Assembly (NCBI GenBank): GCA_965655095.1
Contig: OZ296651.1
Coordinates: forward strand, 5,642,001 to 5,706,000
DNA length: 64,000 nucleotides
Direction: 5' to 3'
Origin: Haplodiscus bocki
Lineage: Eukaryota
The translations under genes and the position numbers were made by a program. Every line of letters begins with the position of its first letter. Position 1 is the first letter of the stretch. Of this stretch, positions 61,001-64,000 are shown piece by piece. The notes beneath the pieces were generated by a model, which saw only the letters and a list, made by a program, of their open reading frames with translations, was not told the DNA's origin and ran no database searches.

Positions 61001-64000
61001 TTTAAAATAATTAAAAGCACTTACATTCGTAGAGTGAATACCGAAGAAAGCCGTCCACTAGAGCTTGAGGAATTGGTCAATCACACCTACGCGAAAAGCA
61101 AAGAAAAAAATATAGGCTCTAAAGTGCCTAGTGCAGGGCTCGAGAAGCGGTACTCCGCAAAAAATTTTCCAACGGAACACTAGTGTACAAATCGAACAAG
61201 TATATATGGTTATTGAAGGAAACCATGGTACTACGAAGAGTGCTGATTAAACAATAGAACAAAAAAAATCAATTATTTCTTTTATACGAGTATAACAAGT
61301 ACGAGTAGCTGTATAATCTATTTTCCTTGGCATCTAAAACAAGCGCACACCCTGAAAAAAAAAGCAAACGACGACTTTTGCAAATACGCGAGAGTGCATG
61401 AACAAACTTTTGCAAGACAGCAACACCACATCAACAAACTATAGGCAAGATTAGAAGGTAGGCGCCAATGCCAGGTGTGAACGGATCAGAAAAAAACCTG
61501 TGAAATCATACTTGCAAGTGCAAAAGTAATTACATGAAAAAAGACCCAGGATATCACTGCTCAAAACCACCTCAGTTGTCGAAAGATACGGAAAAAAAAT
61601 AGGCGACTAAGAACTCTCCCAGTTTATCTGCTGAAATCTCGCGCTGATAAGGCGTGCAACCTCCATTGCCGATTTTAGTTATCTACCAAAATCCCAGCAC
61701 CCATTAAGCAAGTAGCACAGACTAACCAACCCAGCTTGTGGCCATGACGCCATGAATGCCAAAAAACGTGGCTTTCTCGTATATCTTCCTGAATTCCTTT
61801 TTGATAACTCGAGCAAAAAATTTCCAATCAAGATTCGAGACTTGAGTGAAAATGCGGCAGGCACTGAACGAATTATATAGTTCACCAGTACGCATTTTTG
61901 GCGCACGCCCGATCTGCATTTTTTCATCAAACATCTCAATTTTCTGACAAAACACGTCGGTGGAAAAAAAAATCCAATCTAGACGCACAAAAAGGCACCG
62001 TAAAGCACTTTCGGGATCTCAAGTCGTCCACTTCAAGTGATTATACGTCAATCGGGATACCGCGATGCCAAAGAATTGGCAAAAAAGGACATATCTCGAT
62101 TGAAAACTAACAAGCCGCCATTATTCAATAAACATAACTAGTGCAGAGAAAAGTATTTACAATTTGGGCATTATATACAGAAGCACCAGTTGAAGAAAGC
62201 AAGAAAAAACTGAATTGAGAAATCTCAAAAGATTCAATTTGTCGCATTTTAGGGCGAAAACTGGCCGGAAAACAATTACAAAAAGGGTCACAGCACGCCG
62301 CTCTACCGAAAGATCTTCCATCGATTAGTGCATAATATTAGCACTTCCAAGCTTACTGTAAGGACAGGACTGAAAACAATTGCCTTTTACCCTCAGAAAA
62401 ATCCAAAAATTGATACCTTTCTTCGCTAATAACTCGCTGCAAGAAATTTACACCGGCCAAAAAAATCGGATATGATAGATCATGAACCCATTGCATTGTT
62501 TATCCTATAACCAGAGACATCCGACGAATAATTGCCGAAATATTTGGTTTTAAACAAATGAAACGCAGAGATAACAGGGATGGGAGAAAAACGAAAGCAT
62601 TCTGAGGTGTCATAGCGCAAAAAAATTTCTTTCCGCTTGCCCAAAAACGCAAAATATATAAGCACTACTTTTTTAAATGTCTAACAAGTGAATGGAAGTT
62701 GAACTTGTGACCTGCAGAAAGTGATGAAGCAAAACATGAAGCGTTCTTTTCATTTTCGAAGTTCAATAAGACACCCGGTTACCACCGGGACATTATCCGC
62801 CTTCCAACTGTTGAGAAACATGTTTCTCAGAAAACTGCATCATTTTGTATGCTTTCCTCTCACAATATTTTATTAGTTTCTCTCAATTTTCAGAATTTTC
62901 TGCAATTTTCACCAAAAAAACCTCAGTTTTTGTCGAAGAAATATTTTAGGGAAATTTTAAGAATTTACAAATTTGCCATTTTCCGCAATTTTGATCGAGT
63001 TTTTTCCGAAGAATGCTAACTTTTTTTTTTACAAGTAAGACCTATTTTTAAGTTTTTTGGAAAATTTACTTCCATTCTGCGCCAAATTTGCTTCAGATTA
63101 GTCACAAAAAATTTTCAAGTTTAAAATCGTGCAATTGGCAAGTAAACTTTAAAAAACGCAGGCGTCGAGTGTAGGGCGTTCCACATATAATGAAGCACTT
63201 CAAATTCCAGGTTTTTAGTTACGCTGCAATTAATAAACATAAGCCGAATTTTACCTGCTATAGACTGAAAATTGGGTACTAGTCTAGTGTGCGTTCAACT
63301 AAAATGCTCGGACTAAGAACCAAAACGACGCTTCCATTTCGGTGCGCCCGAATTTTGATCTTTCAAATACTATTGGCCAAGAGCTTTCATTGTCAGACAA
63401 ATTCGGATACTCGTAAAATTTACATCGCACGCTAGACAGACCCCGAAAATTGCAAAAAAAATCTCACCATCGAGGGGCAAATGAGACAGAGGGCGAAAGT
63501 ATCAAAAATTTGGACGGCGAATCGAAATGTGAATCAAAGTAATTACCTTTTGAAAAGGATTCGACAATTCTGCAATAAAAATGAAGCGTGTGTATCAAAT
63601 GCAAAACTGGAATGCAGTCGATACAAGTCTGCCGCATTTCCACTTGTATTAGCAGTTTGGGTTGCCTTTTTTAATATGTGGCAGCAGTACGTGTTAACAA
63701 TAGGCTTAAAAGTAAGTAATCAATTCTTGAATACGAACAAGACAAAATGTTACCATCACTACAACGACGCTGTTGGTTACGCTGCTCTTGTCTGATTGGC
63801 TAAAGGAATAAGAGGGAAATAGACTAAGAATTAACATTTGCCAGGGGCGGGTTGCTTGGTTGATGCAATCGCTGGGGACCCTTGCTTTCTATTGCCGCTT
63901 CTTTTGTGTTGTTTGAGGAGGAAAAGAGCTAATTAGGGAACATGAAAGACGAAAATTCATGCAAAAAGAAAGCTAAGAAATATACTCAATAGAAGGTGCG

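Noticed and set aside
63790-63855. CCAAT box (attgg, 63795) and GC box (ggggcggg, 63844) as a Pol II promoter
   Set aside because: Short motifs with no associated gene visible in the window.

Overview
Eukaryotic, probably metazoan, AT-rich repetitive DNA. I recognise no intact protein-coding gene. Positions 1 to ~39,770 are the right-hand end of a tandem array of ~610-630 bp units (about 56 units by hand count; the array runs off the left edge). Each unit carries one minus-strand 73-nt tRNA-Arg(CCT)-derived gene followed directly by an oligo-T Pol III terminator. The consensus I read is AGCCGCG TG GCCT AATGGAGA AGGC G TCTGC CTCCTAA GTAGA AGATT GCGGG TTCGAGT CCTGT CGTGGCT G. All but one of the copies I folded have lesions in several arms; 12095-12167 is one mismatch from a perfect cloverleaf. 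The array has nested higher-order repeats (periods 621, ~1227, 1257, ~1860, 2461, ~2470, 3680, ~5545 and ~12,263 bp), mosaic units, and a divergence gradient from near-identical units on the left to heavily decayed units at the right edge. Two different CR1/L2-type LINEs interrupt it. One is a decayed, nearly full-length minus-strand element (14264 to ~18845; PHD-finger ORF1, APE-RT ORF2). The other is a 5'-truncated plus-strand copy with a (TAC)n tail and a 7-bp target-site duplication (20424-21105). The remaining ~24 kb is mostly unrecognisable sequence with small degenerate repeats, a possible decayed PAN/apple-domain fragment and an unidentified decayed minus-strand coding-like block. The short ORFs in the array are repeat artefacts.
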